Assembly (NCBI RefSeq): GCF_016592615.1
Contig: NZ_AP013043.1
Coordinates: 1,140,001-1,172,000, forward strand
Direction: 5' to 3'
DNA: 32,000 bases
From: Isorropodon fossajaponicum endosymbiont JTNG4
GTDB lineage: Bacteria; Pseudomonadota; Gammaproteobacteria; PS1; Pseudothioglobaceae
Both the position numbers and the translations under genes were made by a program. Of the stretch, positions 9,884-20,855 are shown piece after piece. The notes beneath the pieces are model-generated. The model had not been told where the DNA came from. It was given only the letters and a program-made list of their open reading frames with translations, and ran no database searches. Numbering within the stretch: the first letter of the stretch is position 1; each line of letters begins with the position of its first letter.

Positions 9884-11101
9884 ATGATACATCAAAAAAG
9901 AAGACATGCACTGCTAAACCAGCTTGACAGCAATGCAGTTATTGTTGTTAGCACCAACCCTGAGCAGAATCGTTCTGGTGATGTTAATTACCCTTTCCGC
10001 GTGCATAGTGACTTTTACTACCTAACTGGCTTCCAAGAACCTGAGGCTCTGGCAGTTTTTTCTAAAAATCACTATACAATATTTTTACGTCCTAAAGACA
10101 AAACGCGTGAAATTTGGGATGGGGAACGTTTAGGAGTTTATGATGCGCCCAATACCTTAAAATCAAATTATGCTTTTTCTATAGATTTATTAAAAATAAA
10201 ATTACCCCAAATAATTCTTAACAATCAAGTTTATTTTGATGCTAAAACTTGCCAATTAGACAACGACATTTCACGCCTTTTATTAAACCATCAATTGAAA
10301 TCACTCGCCCCAACTTTGCACGAGATGCGCCTTATTAAAGACGAACTTGAGATAAGCACCATGCAAAAAGCTGCTAATATTTCAATCAAAGCGCACCAAT
10401 TAGCAATGCAAGCAATCCAACCCAATATGTTTGAATTTGAAGTGCAAAGTATTTTTGACGGACACTTTACTAGGAATAATGCCCAACATGCTTACACGCC
10501 TATTGTTGCAGGGGGTGAAAATGCTTGCGTACTACACTACATAGAAAATAACAAAAAACTCAATAAAGACGACTTAGTTTTAATTGACGCTGGCGCTGAA
10601 GTGGATTGCTACGCTTCAGATATCACCCGAACTTTTCCAGTTAGTGGTCAATTTTCCCGTGCACAGAAACAAATTTATCAGATTGTGCTTGATGCTCAAA
10701 TCAATGCCATCAATACCATCAAACCCGGTGTAAAAATTAATGAGCCTCATAAAGTTGCTACTAATACAATCGAACAAGGTTTAATTAACCTTGGCATATT
10801 AAAGACTGGTGGTGATTTATCACAATTTTATATGCATGGCACAGGGCATTGGCTTGGCCTTGATGTGCATGATGTGGGTCAGTACAAACAAGACGCTCAT
10901 CACAGAAAATTTGTAACTGGCATGATAACCACTGTCGAACCCGGCATTTATATTCGTAAGGATGATAAAATTAACCCAATTTATCACAATATTGGCATCA
11001 GGATTGAAGATGATGTATTAGTAACCACATCAGGAAATACAGTACTAACCAAATCCCTCGCTAAAGAAATCAACGACATTGAGTCACTTATGAGCCAATA
11101 A
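9884..11101 (+). CDS. pepP: Xaa-Pro aminopeptidase
   Basis: 405 aa with the creatinase-like N-domain plus M24 metal-ligand pattern (DAGAE..CYASDITRT, HGTGHWLGLDVHD, EPGIY, RIEDDVLV). Confidence 0.85.
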   Translation: MIHQKRRHALLNQLDSNAVIVVSTNPEQNRSGDVNYPFRVHSDFYYLTGFQEPEALAVFSKNHYTIFLRPKDKTREIWDGERLGVYDAPNTLKSNYAFSIDLLKIKLPQIILNNQVYFDAKTCQLDNDISRLLLNHQLKSLAPTLHEMRLIKDELEISTMQKAANISIKAHQLAMQAIQPNMFEFEVQSIFDGHFTRNNAQHAYTPIVAGGENACVLHYIENNKKLNKDDLVLIDAGAEVDCYASDITRTFPVSGQFSRAQKQIYQIVLDAQINAINTIKPGVKINEPHKVATNTIEQGLINLGILKTGGDLSQFYMHGTGHWLGLDVHDVGQYKQDAHHRKFVTGMITTVEPGIYIRKDDKINPIYHNIGIRIEDDVLVTTSGNTVLTKSLAKEINDIESLMSQ

Positions 11102-11105
11102 CACT

Positions 11106-12125
11106 ATGAACATACAACAAGCAATTAAACAAATTATTAAAAAACAAGATCTTAGTGAAAGTGAGATGTACGCGGTGATGAATGACGTTATGACAGGCAA
11201 AACTACTGATGCACAAATTGGTGGTTTTTTAGTTGGCCTTGCGATAAAGGGTGAAAGTGTTGATGAAATTACCGCCGCTGCCAAAATCATGCGCTCTTTG
11301 GTCAAAGGCGTCACCATTAAAAGCACTCAACACTTAGTGGACACTTGTGGCACAGGTGGTGATGGACTGGGGTTGTTTAATATCTCAACTGCATGTGCCT
11401 TTGTTGTAGCTGCTGCTGGCGGGTCGGTTGCTAAGCATGGTAATAGTAGTGTTTCTTCAAAATCAGGCAGCGCTGATGTCTTAAAGGCAGCTGGTGTTAA
11501 TCTTGATATGAGTGTTGAAAAAATTAGCAAATGTATTGAAAAAATTGGCATCGGATTTATGTTTGCACCTTTTCATCACGTTGCCATGAAGCACGCCATT
11601 GGAGCGCGCAAAGACCTTGCCATTAGAACTATTTTTAATGTCCTAGGTCCATTAACCAACCCTGCTAAAGCACCTAATCAGGTCATGGGTGTTTATGCTC
11701 AATCTTTAGTTGAACCGATTGCTCATGTTTTAAAAAATTTAGGTGCTAAACATATCATGGTTGTGCATTCTAAAGATGGCTTAGATGAAATTTCAATTGC
11801 TGATGACACGTTTGTGGCCGAATTGAAAGATGGCCAAGTTAGCACTTACACCATTAACCCTGCTGATTTTAGTTTACCACTGGGTGATTTAAATAACATT
11901 AAAGTCAATAATGTGGATGAGTCATTAGTACTGATTCAACAAGCACTTGATGGTAAAGATGGCGTGGCCAAAAATATCATTGCCCTTAATTCAGGTGCAG
12001 CTATTTATGTGTGCGGGCTTGCAAATTCACTACAAGAGGGTGTTAATAAAGCGCTTAGTATTTTAAACAGCGGTTCAGCCCATCAAAAATTGGATGATTT
12101 TGTCCGTGAATCAACGGGTTGTTAA
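11106..12125 (+). CDS. trpD: anthranilate phosphoribosyltransferase
   Basis: 339 aa with DTCGTGGDG, NISTA, KHGNSSVSSKSGSADVL. Confidence 0.9.
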   Translation: MNIQQAIKQIIKKQDLSESEMYAVMNDVMTGKTTDAQIGGFLVGLAIKGESVDEITAAAKIMRSLVKGVTIKSTQHLVDTCGTGGDGLGLFNISTACAFVVAAAGGSVAKHGNSSVSSKSGSADVLKAAGVNLDMSVEKISKCIEKIGIGFMFAPFHHVAMKHAIGARKDLAIRTIFNVLGPLTNPAKAPNQVMGVYAQSLVEPIAHVLKNLGAKHIMVVHSKDGLDEISIADDTFVAELKDGQVSTYTINPADFSLPLGDLNNIKVNNVDESLVLIQQALDGKDGVAKNIIALNSGAAIYVCGLANSLQEGVNKALSILNSGSAHQKLDDFVRESTGC

Positions 12126-12139
12126 TATAGGGTTTTATA

Positions 12140-12682
12140 ATGAATAAAGAAACTAACCTCATTTGGATTGATTTAGAAATGACAGGGCTTATGCCTGAAA
12201 AAGATGCCATTATTGAAATTGCCACTATTGTTACTGATGCACAACTCCATATTATTGCACAAGGCCCTTCTTTAGCCATTCATCAAAACGATGAAATTCT
12301 AGATAATATGGACCAGTGGAATGCCGAACACCATACCAGTTCTGGGCTGCTTAGGCGCGTTAGAGAAAGTAACCTTTCTTGCAAACAAGCAGAAGCCCAG
12401 ACCTTAGAATTTTTAAAAAAATATGTTAGCAAAGGTGCCTCACCAATGTGTGGCAATACCATTTGTCAAGATAGGCGTTTTTTGTATAACTACATGCCAA
12501 AACTAGAGCAATTCTTTCACTACCGTCATATTGATGTTTCCACCCTTAAAGAGCTGGTTGTGCGTTGGAAACCTAATGCAAAAATGGTCTTTGAAAAAGA
12601 CTCTGCACACTTGGCACTTTCTGATATCCAAGACTCAATTGATGAGTTAAAGCATTACCGAAACATTTTTATTAATGTCTAG
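12140..12682 (+). CDS. orn: oligoribonuclease
   Basis: 180 aa with [11 protein letters not shown] (DEDD exonuclease motif I), [12 protein letters not shown], and [18 protein letters not shown]. Confidence 0.9.
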   Translation: MNKETNLIWIDLEMTGLMPEKDAIIEIATIVTDAQLHIIAQGPSLAIHQNDEILDNMDQWNAEHHTSSGLLRRVRESNLSCKQAEAQTLEFLKKYVSKGASPMCGNTICQDRRFLYNYMPKLEQFFHYRHIDVSTLKELVVRWKPNAKMVFEKDSAHLALSDIQDSIDELKHYRNIFINV

Positions 12683-13532
12683 CATTTGGCTTGCCCCTGC
12701 AAAAATTAACTTATTTTTGCACATTAACAACAAAAGAGAGGATGGTTATCATAATTTTCAAACCATTTTTCAGCTGCTTGACTATTGCGATGAATTAAAA
12801 TTTTCTATCACTAGTAATGGTGTTATTAAACGCATTAGTGGCAATGAAGATGTAGAGCAAAGCCAAGATTTAATCGTTAAAGCGGCCAAAGCACTTCAAC
12901 AACACACCGGCACAACGTTGGGTGTTAACCTCTCAATCGTTAAAAATATTCCAATGGGTGGTGGTTTAGGTGGTGGCTCTTCAGATGCAGCAACCACATT
13001 AGTGGCACTTAATCAACTTTGGGATACAAAATTAACCCAAGTGCAACTGATGAAATTGGGGTTAAGTTTAGGTGCAGATGTACCCGTATTTATTTTTGCT
13101 AAAAGCGCTTGGGCAGAAGGTATGGGAGAAATTCTAAGCCCTGTTAAAACACCTAATCATTATTTTTTAGTGGTCTTTATTAACCAACATATTTCAACTA
13201 AAGAAATTTTCTCTCATTATGCATTGACAATGAGCAAACCTCAAGGGAAAATAGCCAAGTTCTCTGAACTTGTAAATACTCATAATGACTGCTTACAGGC
13301 AGCCATAACGTTAGAGGCAGAAATTGGTGTTGCACTAGAACACCTTGATACTTGCGCTAATCATATTGGTCAAGCTAGAATGAGTGGCACAGGTAGCTGT
13401 GTTTTTAATGAATTCTTAACTGAGAAAGACGCTTTGGCAGCGGCTAAAAAAGTGCCAAAAAAATGGATGAGTTTTGTATCGCGTGCAATCAACACTTCTC
13501 CGATTCATAGTTGGGCTGTCGCCAAGCGGTAA
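12675..13532 (+). CDS. ispE: 4-diphosphocytidyl-2-C-methyl-D-erythritol kinase
   Basis: 285 aa with [11 protein letters not shown] and the GHMP motif [14 protein letters not shown]. The last ~21 nt of the ORF run into the tRNA-Gln gene. Confidence 0.88.
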   Translation: MSSIWLAPAKINLFLHINNKREDGYHNFQTIFQLLDYCDELKFSITSNGVIKRISGNEDVEQSQDLIVKAAKALQQHTGTTLGVNLSIVKNIPMGGGLGGGSSDAATTLVALNQLWDTKLTQVQLMKLGLSLGADVPVFIFAKSAWAEGMGEILSPVKTPNHYFLVVFINQHISTKEIFSHYALTMSKPQGKIAKFSELVNTHNDCLQAAITLEAEIGVALEHLDTCANHIGQARMSGTGSCVFNEFLTEKDALAAAKKVPKKWMSFVSRAINTSPIHSWAVAKR

Positions 13533-13586
13533 GGCAACGGGTTTTGATCCCGTCATGCGCAGGTTCAAATCCTGCCAGCCCAGCCA
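13512..13586 (+). tRNA. tRNA-Gln (anticodon UUG)
   Basis: TGGGCTG acceptor pairs with CAGCCCA. The D-arm is CGCCAAGCGGTAAGGC, the anticodon stem-loop is ACGGG-TTTTGAT-CCCGT, the T-arm is GCAGGTTCAAATCCTGC, and CCA is encoded. It closely resembles E. coli tRNA-Gln. Confidence 0.9.
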
Positions 13587-13656
13587 ACTTCTTTTTATGT
13601 TTTGTCTTCTTATCAGCGTATAATATAGCTACTTTAATAGTATTGATTAATCCTCT

Positions 13657-14610
13657 ATGTCTCTTGACAAAATTAAAATCTTTAGCGGTAATGCTAATCC
13701 TGAGCTTTCTGGCGAAATCATTTCTAGTTTAAATATCGTACAAGGTAAAGCACTGGTGGGTAGATTTAGCGATGGCGAATCCCAAGTTGAAATATTAGAG
13801 AATGTACGTGGTTGTGATGTGTTTATCATTCAGCCTACTTGTGGACCTTCTCCGGCTGAAACCTTAATGGAACTTTTGGTTATCGTTGATGCACTTAAAC
13901 GCTCATCAGCTACACGAATTACTGCTGTTGTGCCTTATTTTGGCTATTCAAGACAAGATCGTAGATCACGCCTAACTCGCGTACCCATCACAGCAAAACT
14001 TGCTGCAAAAATGGTTGAATCTGCAGGTGTTGATCGAATATTAACTGTTGATTTGCACGCAGATCAGATTCAAGGCTTTTTCAATATCCCAATTGATAAT
14101 ATTTATGCCCAGCCTGTTTTAATTGAAAACATCCTATCTAAAAATTACCAAGACATCGTTGTTGTATCTCCTGATGTAGGTGGCGTAGTAAGAGCACGCG
14201 CTGCTGCAAAGCGCTTAAATGATGCAGACCTTGCCATTATTGATAAACGACGCCCAGCACCCAATATGGTCAAAATCATGAATGTTATTGGCGATGTTGA
14301 GGGTAGAACTTGCATTCTGATTGACGATATGGTTGATACCGCTGGTACACTTTGCCAAGCCGCTAGTGTTTTGAAACAACGGGGCGCTAAAAAAGTAGTG
14401 GCCTACGCCACACATGCCGTTCTTTCTGGCAATGCCATTCACAATATTGAAAACTCTGAGTTAAATGAGTTGGTAACAACCAACACCATTCCACTTAATG
14501 CCGATGCTGCCAACTGTTCTAAAATTAGGCAATTGTCCATTGCACCAACAATGGCTGAGGTTATCAAACGAATTAGCGAAGAGCAATCTATTAGTACTAT
14601 TTTTACATAA
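13657..14610 (+). CDS. prs: ribose-phosphate pyrophosphokinase
   Basis: 317 aa with [22 protein letters not shown], and the PRPP loop [11 protein letters not shown]. Confidence 0.92.
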   Translation: MSLDKIKIFSGNANPELSGEIISSLNIVQGKALVGRFSDGESQVEILENVRGCDVFIIQPTCGPSPAETLMELLVIVDALKRSSATRITAVVPYFGYSRQDRRSRLTRVPITAKLAAKMVESAGVDRILTVDLHADQIQGFFNIPIDNIYAQPVLIENILSKNYQDIVVVSPDVGGVVRARAAAKRLNDADLAIIDKRRPAPNMVKIMNVIGDVEGRTCILIDDMVDTAGTLCQAASVLKQRGAKKVVAYATHAVLSGNAIHNIENSELNELVTTNTIPLNADAANCSKIRQLSIAPTMAEVIKRISEEQSISTIFT

Positions 14611-14668
14611 TAGTCAGATAGAAAAATACCACAACACAAGGCTATGATTTTTAGCCGATAACTTTGGG

Positions 14669-14674
14669 TATAAT
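14669..14674 (+). promoter_or_regulatory. possible -10 box upstream of rpoD
   Basis: TATAAT lies 38 nt upstream of the rpoD ATG. There is no convincing -35 at canonical spacing. Confidence 0.25.
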
Positions 14675-14712
14675 CCATCCTTTGGTTTGTCAAACACATT
14701 AACTTTAAATTT

Positions 14713-16524
14713 ATGAAATCCACAACTAAAGCACACAAGCAAGCACTACAAAAACTCATCATGGTTGGTAAAGAGAAAGGCTACTTAACCTACTCTGAAA
14801 TTAATGATATTCTGCCAGAAGACTTATTAACCCAAGAGCAAGTAGAGCCTATTGTTACGATTCTTGAAGAGTTGGATATTACTGTTTCTGATACTGTGCC
14901 AGATGCAGATACCTTGGTAGTTGAATCTGGTGCTAAAGCACAATCAACGTCAGCAGAAGCAGCAATAGCAGCACTTGCAGCACTGGATTCAGAATTTGGC
15001 AGAACAACAGACCCAGTTAGAATGTACATGCGTGAAATGGGTGTTGTTGCTTTACTAGAGCAAGAAGATGAAATCCGCATTGCTAAAGAAATTGAAGCTG
15101 GCGTGTTTGAAATCATGAAAAGCATCACTTTATATCCTGTGATTACTAACTTTTTTTTCAAAGCGCACACCCGCCTAGAAGAAGGAAAATGTAAAATGAC
15201 CGATGTGATTATCGGCTATCAAGGCGATGCAGAAGACTTTGCTGCAAAAAAAGCCGCTTTTGATGCAGGTGAGTTTGATGACGATGAAGAATATGAAGAT
15301 ATGGAAGAAATGGAATACACAGGACCTGATGAAAATCAGGTGTACGGCCGTTTTGAAACCGTATCAAAATGCTCCGAAATTTACAACAAAACCAACGAAA
15401 AATTTGGTTTTCGTCATAAAAAAACAATTGAAGCGCGCCAACGATTATCTCAAGGCTTGTCAGACTTACGCCTAGCGCCCAAACTGGTCAATACCATGAT
15501 AGAGGTTATTTGCAACCGCGTGGACCAAGTCAAAAAACAAGAAAAAACCATTCAAAATGCATGTTTAGATGCGGGCATGGATCGATTATATTTTTTTGAA
15601 TCATTTTCTAATAATGAAACCAATTTTGACTGGCTTAATACCATCAAATTAGACGAGAAGACTAAAGAAAAATTAAAGGTCAGCAAAAATGAGATTTATT
15701 ATGCACAAAAAAATCTCCAACAATTTGAAGAGGAAATGCAACTCACTATTGCTGAGCTTAAAGCATTAAACAAAATGTATCGTCGTGGTGATCGTCGTGC
15801 CAAAAAAGCCAAATCACAAATGATTGAAGCAAACCTTAGATTGGTGATTTCAATTGCGAAAAAATATGCCAACCGTGGATTGCAATTCTTAGACCTAATT
15901 CAAGAAGGCAATGTTGGCTTAATGAAGGCGGTTGATAAATTTGAATATCGTCGCGGTTACAAGTTTTCTACTTACGCTACTTGGTGGATTCGTCAGGCCA
16001 TTACTCGCTCTATTGCAGACCAGGCGCGCACCATTCGCATTCCAGTCCACATGATTGAAACCATCAATAAACTTAATCGTGTACGTCGCCAACTCTTGCA
16101 GAAATTTGGTCGCGAGGCTTCCCCTGAAGAGTTAGCAACTGAAATGGAACTGCCAGAATACAAAATTATCAAAATTCTAAAAATTGCCAAGGAGCCTTTG
16201 TCAATGGAAACCCCGGTTGGTGATGATGAGGACTCTAATATTGGTGATTTTATTGAAGACACCAATCTATCTTCACCGGTTGAGATAACCACCAAGGAAA
16301 GCTTAAGAGAAACCACAAGCGAGTTACTTTCTAACTTATCGCCTCGCGAGACTAAAGTATTAAAAATGCGTTTTGGTATTGATATGAATACTGACCACAC
16401 TTTAGAGGAAGTTGGTCGTCAATTTGATGTCACTCGTGAGCGCATTCGCCAGATTGAGGCCAAAGCACTGCGTAAGCTAAGACACCCTTCTCGTGCGCAT
16501 AAATTACAAAGCTTCCTAGAATAA
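14713..16524 (+). CDS. rpoD: RNA polymerase primary sigma factor
   Basis: 603 aa with an acidic region 1, region 2 ([27 protein letters not shown]), and region 4 ([30 protein letters not shown]). Confidence 0.95.
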   Translation: MKSTTKAHKQALQKLIMVGKEKGYLTYSEINDILPEDLLTQEQVEPIVTILEELDITVSDTVPDADTLVVESGAKAQSTSAEAAIAALAALDSEFGRTTDPVRMYMREMGVVALLEQEDEIRIAKEIEAGVFEIMKSITLYPVITNFFFKAHTRLEEGKCKMTDVIIGYQGDAEDFAAKKAAFDAGEFDDDEEYEDMEEMEYTGPDENQVYGRFETVSKCSEIYNKTNEKFGFRHKKTIEARQRLSQGLSDLRLAPKLVNTMIEVICNRVDQVKKQEKTIQNACLDAGMDRLYFFESFSNNETNFDWLNTIKLDEKTKEKLKVSKNEIYYAQKNLQQFEEEMQLTIAELKALNKMYRRGDRRAKKAKSQMIEANLRLVISIAKKYANRGLQFLDLIQEGNVGLMKAVDKFEYRRGYKFSTYATWWIRQAITRSIADQARTIRIPVHMIETINKLNRVRRQLLQKFGREASPEELATEMELPEYKIIKILKIAKEPLSMETPVGDDEDSNIGDFIEDTNLSSPVEITTKESLRETTSELLSNLSPRETKVLKMRFGIDMNTDHTLEEVGRQFDVTRERIRQIEAKALRKLRHPSRAHKLQSFLE

Positions 16525-16532
16525 TCCTTTAG

Positions 16533-16609
16533 GGGCCTATAGCTCAGTTGGTTAGAGCAATCGACTCATAATCGATTGGTCCTTGGTTCAAGTCCAAGTA
16601 GGCCCACCA
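16533..16609 (+). tRNA. ileX: tRNA with CAU anticodon, most likely tRNA-Ile2 (lysidine-modified)
   Basis: Cloverleaf with GGGCCTA/TAGGCCC acceptor, anticodon loop CTCATAA, variable region TTGGTC and T-arm GGTTCAAGTCC, as in E. coli ileX. The acceptor pairs C4-G69 and C5-G68 (TilS determinants) are present, unlike elongator tRNA-Met. CCA is encoded. Confidence 0.7.
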
Positions 16610-16634
16610 TTTTCATCAATACTTATCATAGCCA

Positions 16635-17420
16635 ATGAGGTATGATAATATAACCATGTTTGATTTACTCATACCGCCATTAATTAAGCTAACCACTCAA
16701 GTTGGTGATATGATTATGTCACTTTATAAAAGTGAGCTTGATATTAAAATCAAATCAGATGAAACGCCACTGACTATTGCTGATAAAAACGCACATAAAC
16801 TAATTATTGAGGCACTTTCAAAACTCACGCTAAACACCACGCCCATACTTTCAGAGGAATCTGAAGTAATTAAATTTTCTGAACGCTCTAAATGGCATGA
16901 ATACTGGTTAATCGACCCACTTGACGGCACGCGTGACTTTCTTGAGCAAACAGGTGAGTTTTGTATTTGTATTGCTTATATTAAACAAAACAAACCAATA
17001 TTTGGCATGATTTATGCACCACTAAGCAAAACACACTACTATACAACAGATGCAAACAAAACGCTCAAACAACAAGAACGTATTGTTCAGACATTAAATG
17101 TACACACCAGCCATCGCCCTTTAAAAATTGTCATTGGTCATTGGTCGTCACACAACAAACAATTGCAAGACCACTTAGGAAAATGTAGTACTTATGAAGT
17201 ATCTCAACTGGGTAGTGCGCTAAAATTTTGTGCTATTGCAGAGGGCAAATATGACTACTATCCAAGATTTGGTCCTTGTTCTGAATGGGACACTGCTGCT
17301 GGCGTATGCATTTTACAAGGCGCAGGTGGCAGTGTTGTTAACCAAGATGGAGAGCCTCTAAGTTACAATACTAAAGACGATTTAACCAGCCCAATTTTCT
17401 TTGCTTCAAACAAATCTTAA
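16635..17420 (+). CDS. cysQ: 3'(2'),5'-bisphosphate nucleotidase (inositol monophosphatase family)
   Basis: 261-aa ORF with WLIDPLDGT and SEWDTAAG motifs. The true start may be the ATG at 16656 (MFDLLIPPLIKL...). Confidence 0.8.
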   Translation: MRYDNITMFDLLIPPLIKLTTQVGDMIMSLYKSELDIKIKSDETPLTIADKNAHKLIIEALSKLTLNTTPILSEESEVIKFSERSKWHEYWLIDPLDGTRDFLEQTGEFCICIAYIKQNKPIFGMIYAPLSKTHYYTTDANKTLKQQERIVQTLNVHTSHRPLKIVIGHWSSHNKQLQDHLGKCSTYEVSQLGSALKFCAIAEGKYDYYPRFGPCSEWDTAAGVCILQGAGGSVVNQDGEPLSYNTKDDLTSPIFFASNKS

Positions 17421-18239
17421 AGACAAATCTATTGCTTGAATATTCTTAGTGACACTGCCTGTAGAGATAAAATCAACACCGGTATTAGCCACTGCTACAA
17501 TGGTGTTTTCATTGATATCGCCAGAAGCCTCCAAGGGTAATTTACCTTTAGCAAAGCCAACCGCTTGTATTAAGTCACTTATGGAAAAATTATCACACAA
17601 CGCTCGGGCGACACCACTAAGTGTGAGCGCTTCTTGTAATTGGCTCAAGTTTTCAACTTCAACAATTAAAGGAAGATTTGGGTATTTCTCTATTGCTAAT
17701 TTAACTGCTAAGGTGATTGAGCCTGAAGCAATAATATGATTTTCTTTCAGCATAATACAATCATACAAGCCCATACGATGGTTAACACCACCACCGCATT
17801 TTACTGCGTATTTTTGTGCCAATCTTAGCCCAGGAATGGTTTTTCTAGTATCTAGCAATTGTGCATTGGTGTGACTAATTTTATTCACTAAGTCATGAGT
17901 TTTTGTCGCCACAGAGCTTAACATCTGTAAAAAGTTAAGCGCCACCCTTTCGGCGCTAATAATGGCCTTGGAAGCACCTATTAAAACACACAGAACTTGT
18001 CCTGAATTAACGCACTCACCATCTTTAACTTTCCAATCTAGTTTGATTTTATCGTCAAGTGATAAAAATGCACTTTGTGCGTATTCCACGCCACAAATAA
18101 CACTGAATTCTCTTGATATAATCTCAGCTGTAATTATTTTATTTAATAACAAATCAGCAGAAACATCGCCAGAACCAAAATCCTCAGCCAATGCCAATGC
18201 CACACTATTAAGAATGTGTTTATTCGTTAATAAATTCAT
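17406..18239 (-). CDS. nadC: nicotinate-nucleotide pyrophosphorylase (carboxylating)
   Basis: Collinear with E. coli NadC (ERVALNFLQMLSSVATKT, LLDTRKTIPGLRLAQKYAVKCGGGVNHR, KENHI, VEVEVENL, GVDFISTGSVTKNIQAIDLSLRF). The start is uncertain (18239, 18260 or 18269). Confidence 0.88.
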   Translation of the reverse strand: MNLLTNKHILNSVALALAEDFGSGDVSADLLLNKIITAEIISREFSVICGVEYAQSAFLSLDDKIKLDWKVKDGECVNSGQVLCVLIGASKAIISAERVALNFLQMLSSVATKTHDLVNKISHTNAQLLDTRKTIPGLRLAQKYAVKCGGGVNHRMGLYDCIMLKENHIIASGSITLAVKLAIEKYPNLPLIVEVENLSQLQEALTLSGVARALCDNFSISDLIQAVGFAKGKLPLEASGDINENTIVAVANTGVDFISTGSVTKNIQAIDLSLRFV

Positions 18240-19305
18240 AAATAATACGTGCTGACTCATCACTAGCATCTAAGTCTAACTGTTGATGGATTGCATTAAA
18301 CGCTTTGATTAACGCTTTATTATCACGACTCACGATTGCCATGGCATGTTTGGCGATATTGTTGCCGCTGGCATTATTTTGAATCAATTCTGGCACTAAA
18401 TTTTTATTGGCAATTATATTTGGCAAGCTAATATATTTACTCTTGACCAATCTTGAAGCAATAAAATAACTAAAACTAGACAATTTATAAACAACCACCA
18501 TAGGCACACCAACCAGTGCCAACTCCAACGCCGCAGTGCCCGATGCAACTAATGCCAAATCTGCATTTAACATACGCACATGTGCACACCCAAGTGAAAT
18601 TTCAACTGGAGCATTCCCTACTTGGACAGTCACCCAATCTAATAATTCATCATTCGCTAAGGCTAAGTGAAAGGTTAACATTGGATCTTGCACGGACATT
18701 ATTTTAGCTGCTAGCAGCATTTCAGGCAGTAATCTTTTAATTTCACTTTGCCTAGAACCCGGCATTAGAAGAATATTTTTTGTCTTAATATGTGGCTTTC
18801 TAGGTCGCAAACTTTGTGCTAAAGGATGCCCAACAAATAGCGCTCTTTGATTGTGCGCTTGATAAAAACCTACTTCAAATGGAAATAAACACAGCACTAA
18901 ATCTGTTGATTGTTTAATTTTTTTAATCCGAGATTGGCGCCAAGCCCAAACCGAAGGCGAAATAAAATGCACGGTTTTTACACCTTGAGATTTAAGCTTT
19001 CTCTCAATTATAAAATTAAAATCTGGCGCATCAACACCAATAAAAACATCGGGTTTTTGATTAGAAAAATAGACAATAATAAGTTTTCGCAAATGCAATA
19101 AAGACGGCAATTTTTTTAAAACCTCACTAAAACCCATCACATTGACTTGCTTTTGATCCCAATGTTGCACACATCCAGCAGCCGTCATTTTATCCCCAGC
19201 TAAACCCTCAATACTGACATCGGAATTTTGTTTTTTTAAGGATTGAATTAGCTTGGAACCAATCAGGTCACCTGAGGTTTCCACTGCACTAATTGCAATC
19301 CTCAT
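18220..19305 (-). CDS. lpxB: lipid-A-disaccharide synthase
   Basis: MRIAISAVETSGDLIGSKLIQSLK... plus the rest of the family pattern. I prefer the start at 19305; the ORF-track start at 19350 overlaps yhbY by 38 nt. Confidence 0.88.
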   Translation of the reverse strand: MRIAISAVETSGDLIGSKLIQSLKKQNSDVSIEGLAGDKMTAAGCVQHWDQKQVNVMGFSEVLKKLPSLLHLRKLIIVYFSNQKPDVFIGVDAPDFNFIIERKLKSQGVKTVHFISPSVWAWRQSRIKKIKQSTDLVLCLFPFEVGFYQAHNQRALFVGHPLAQSLRPRKPHIKTKNILLMPGSRQSEIKRLLPEMLLAAKIMSVQDPMLTFHLALANDELLDWVTVQVGNAPVEISLGCAHVRMLNADLALVASGTAALELALVGVPMVVVYKLSSFSYFIASRLVKSKYISLPNIIANKNLVPELIQNNASGNNIAKHAMAIVSRDNKALIKAFNAIHQQLDLDASDESARIIYEFINE

Positions 19306-19312
19306 TGGGTGC

Positions 19313-19615
19313 TTACTTTTTTGGAAGGATAATTTGTGGTTCTTCATCAAAGCTACGGTAAATCACCACAATATTGCCAATTACTTGTACCAAATGGGCA
19401 TTAGAAGCATTAATAACTTTATCAATTATTTTTTGCTTTTGCTCTCTCTCGTCAATACGTATTTTAATTTTTAGCAATTCATGCTTTTCCATGGTTGCCT
19501 TAAGTTCTGCCAAAACAGACTCGCTTAATCCGTGCTGTCCTATCATTATGACAGGCTTTAGACTATGGCTTTTTGATCTAAGAAATTTTTTTTGGTTGTT
19601 GGTTAATTTAATCAT
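19313..19615 (-). CDS. yhbY: ribosome assembly RNA-binding protein YhbY (CRM domain)
   Basis: 100 aa: LTNNQKKFLRSKSHSLKPVIMIGQHGLSESVLAELKATMEKHELLKIKI. Confidence 0.85.
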   Translation of the reverse strand: MIKLTNNQKKFLRSKSHSLKPVIMIGQHGLSESVLAELKATMEKHELLKIKIRIDEREQKQKIIDKVINASNAHLVQVIGNIVVIYRSFDEEPQIILPKK

Positions 19616-20849
19616 TAATCATATGCTCTTTGTTAAATAAATCTTGAATAGTTTCACGTTCTCGCACTAGTGTGTGTTGATTGCCTGATACCATTACTTC
19701 CGCTACTCTAGGGCGAGAGTTATAATTTGAGCTCATGGTAAAGCCATAAGCGCCAGCAGACATGAGTGCTAAATAATCTCCTTCAGATAAGGAAAGTTTT
19801 CTATTTTTGGCTAAAAAATCACCTGTTTCACAAATGGGTCCCACCAAATCCCAATTAGCATCAACGCCTTTAGAATTTTCATTAACGGGCAATACTTGAT
19901 GATAAGCTTGATAAAAGGCAGAGCGTAATAAATCATTCATTGCGCCATCAATAATTGCAAATGATTTATCTGAATTTTGCTTTAAGAATTCAACTTTGGT
20001 AATAAATACACCCGCATTGCCAACAACTGCCCGACCCGGCTCTAAAATAATTTTTAAATCGCCCACTTTGTCAAGAATTGAGGCGATATAAGCATTAATA
20101 TCAATCGTTTGTTCATTGTCATACTTAATGCCAACACCGCCACCTAAATCCAAATGAGTAATATGAATATTAATTTTATCAAGTTTGGCAACCAGTTCAA
20201 GCACTTTATCAAGTGCGTCTAAAAAAGGAGACACTTCTATTAATTGTGAACCAATATGGAAATCCAGCCCTTTGACGGTTAAATAGAGTGAATCATGTGC
20301 CATTTGATAAATAAGAGTAGCATCATCAATATCAACACCAAACTTATTTTCTTTAAGTCCTGTTGAAATATACGGGTGTGTTTTTGCATCAACATTAGGA
20401 TTAACACGCAGCGAAATTGGTGCTTGCACGTTCATATCTTTTGCCACTTGCTCAATGCGATTCATCTCTGCCATGGACTCAACATTAAAGCAAAAAATGC
20501 CCACTTCTAGAGCACGTTTAATTTCAGCCTTTGTTTTAGCCACACCTGAAAATACACAGCGGGATGCATTTACTCCAGCAAATAAAACGCGCTCTAATTC
20601 ACCAATAGATACAATATCAAAACCTGAACCTATTTTAGACAAGACATTAAGCACTGCTAAATTAGAGTTGGCTTTAACCGCATAGCAAATTAAATGCGGA
20701 TGTGTGCCAAATGCCTGGTCAAACTCATACCAGTTATTCTCAATATCAGTGCGAGAATAGACATAAAGTGGCGAGTCGTAAGCATCCATTAAATCTGTTA
20801 TAGCAACAGATTCAGCATGTAGTATGTGATTTTTATAAGAAAAACCCAA
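19608..20849 (-). CDS. lysA: diaminopimelate decarboxylase
   Basis: 413 aa with YAVKANSN (PLP lysine), HIGSQ, GGGVGI, EPGRAVVGNAG, and CETGD. Apparent TTG start. Confidence 0.9.
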   Translation of the reverse strand: MGFSYKNHILHAESVAITDLMDAYDSPLYVYSRTDIENNWYEFDQAFGTHPHLICYAVKANSNLAVLNVLSKIGSGFDIVSIGELERVLFAGVNASRCVFSGVAKTKAEIKRALEVGIFCFNVESMAEMNRIEQVAKDMNVQAPISLRVNPNVDAKTHPYISTGLKENKFGVDIDDATLIYQMAHDSLYLTVKGLDFHIGSQLIEVSPFLDALDKVLELVAKLDKINIHITHLDLGGGVGIKYDNEQTIDINAYIASILDKVGDLKIILEPGRAVVGNAGVFITKVEFLKQNSDKSFAIIDGAMNDLLRSAFYQAYHQVLPVNENSKGVDANWDLVGPICETGDFLAKNRKLSLSEGDYLALMSAGAYGFTMSSNYNSRPRVAEVMVSGNQHTLVRERETIQDLFNKEHMIND

Positions 20850-20855
20850 GATTTA

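Noticed and set aside
13512-13532. Overlap of the ispE 3' end with tRNA-Gln.
   Set aside because: The ORF probably just runs on to the first stop after the conserved IspE core. It was noted but is not considered biologically special.
13511-13732. 73-aa ORF overlapping tRNA-Gln and the prs leader.
   Set aside because: It is explained by the tRNA gene and intergenic DNA, and has no coding signature.
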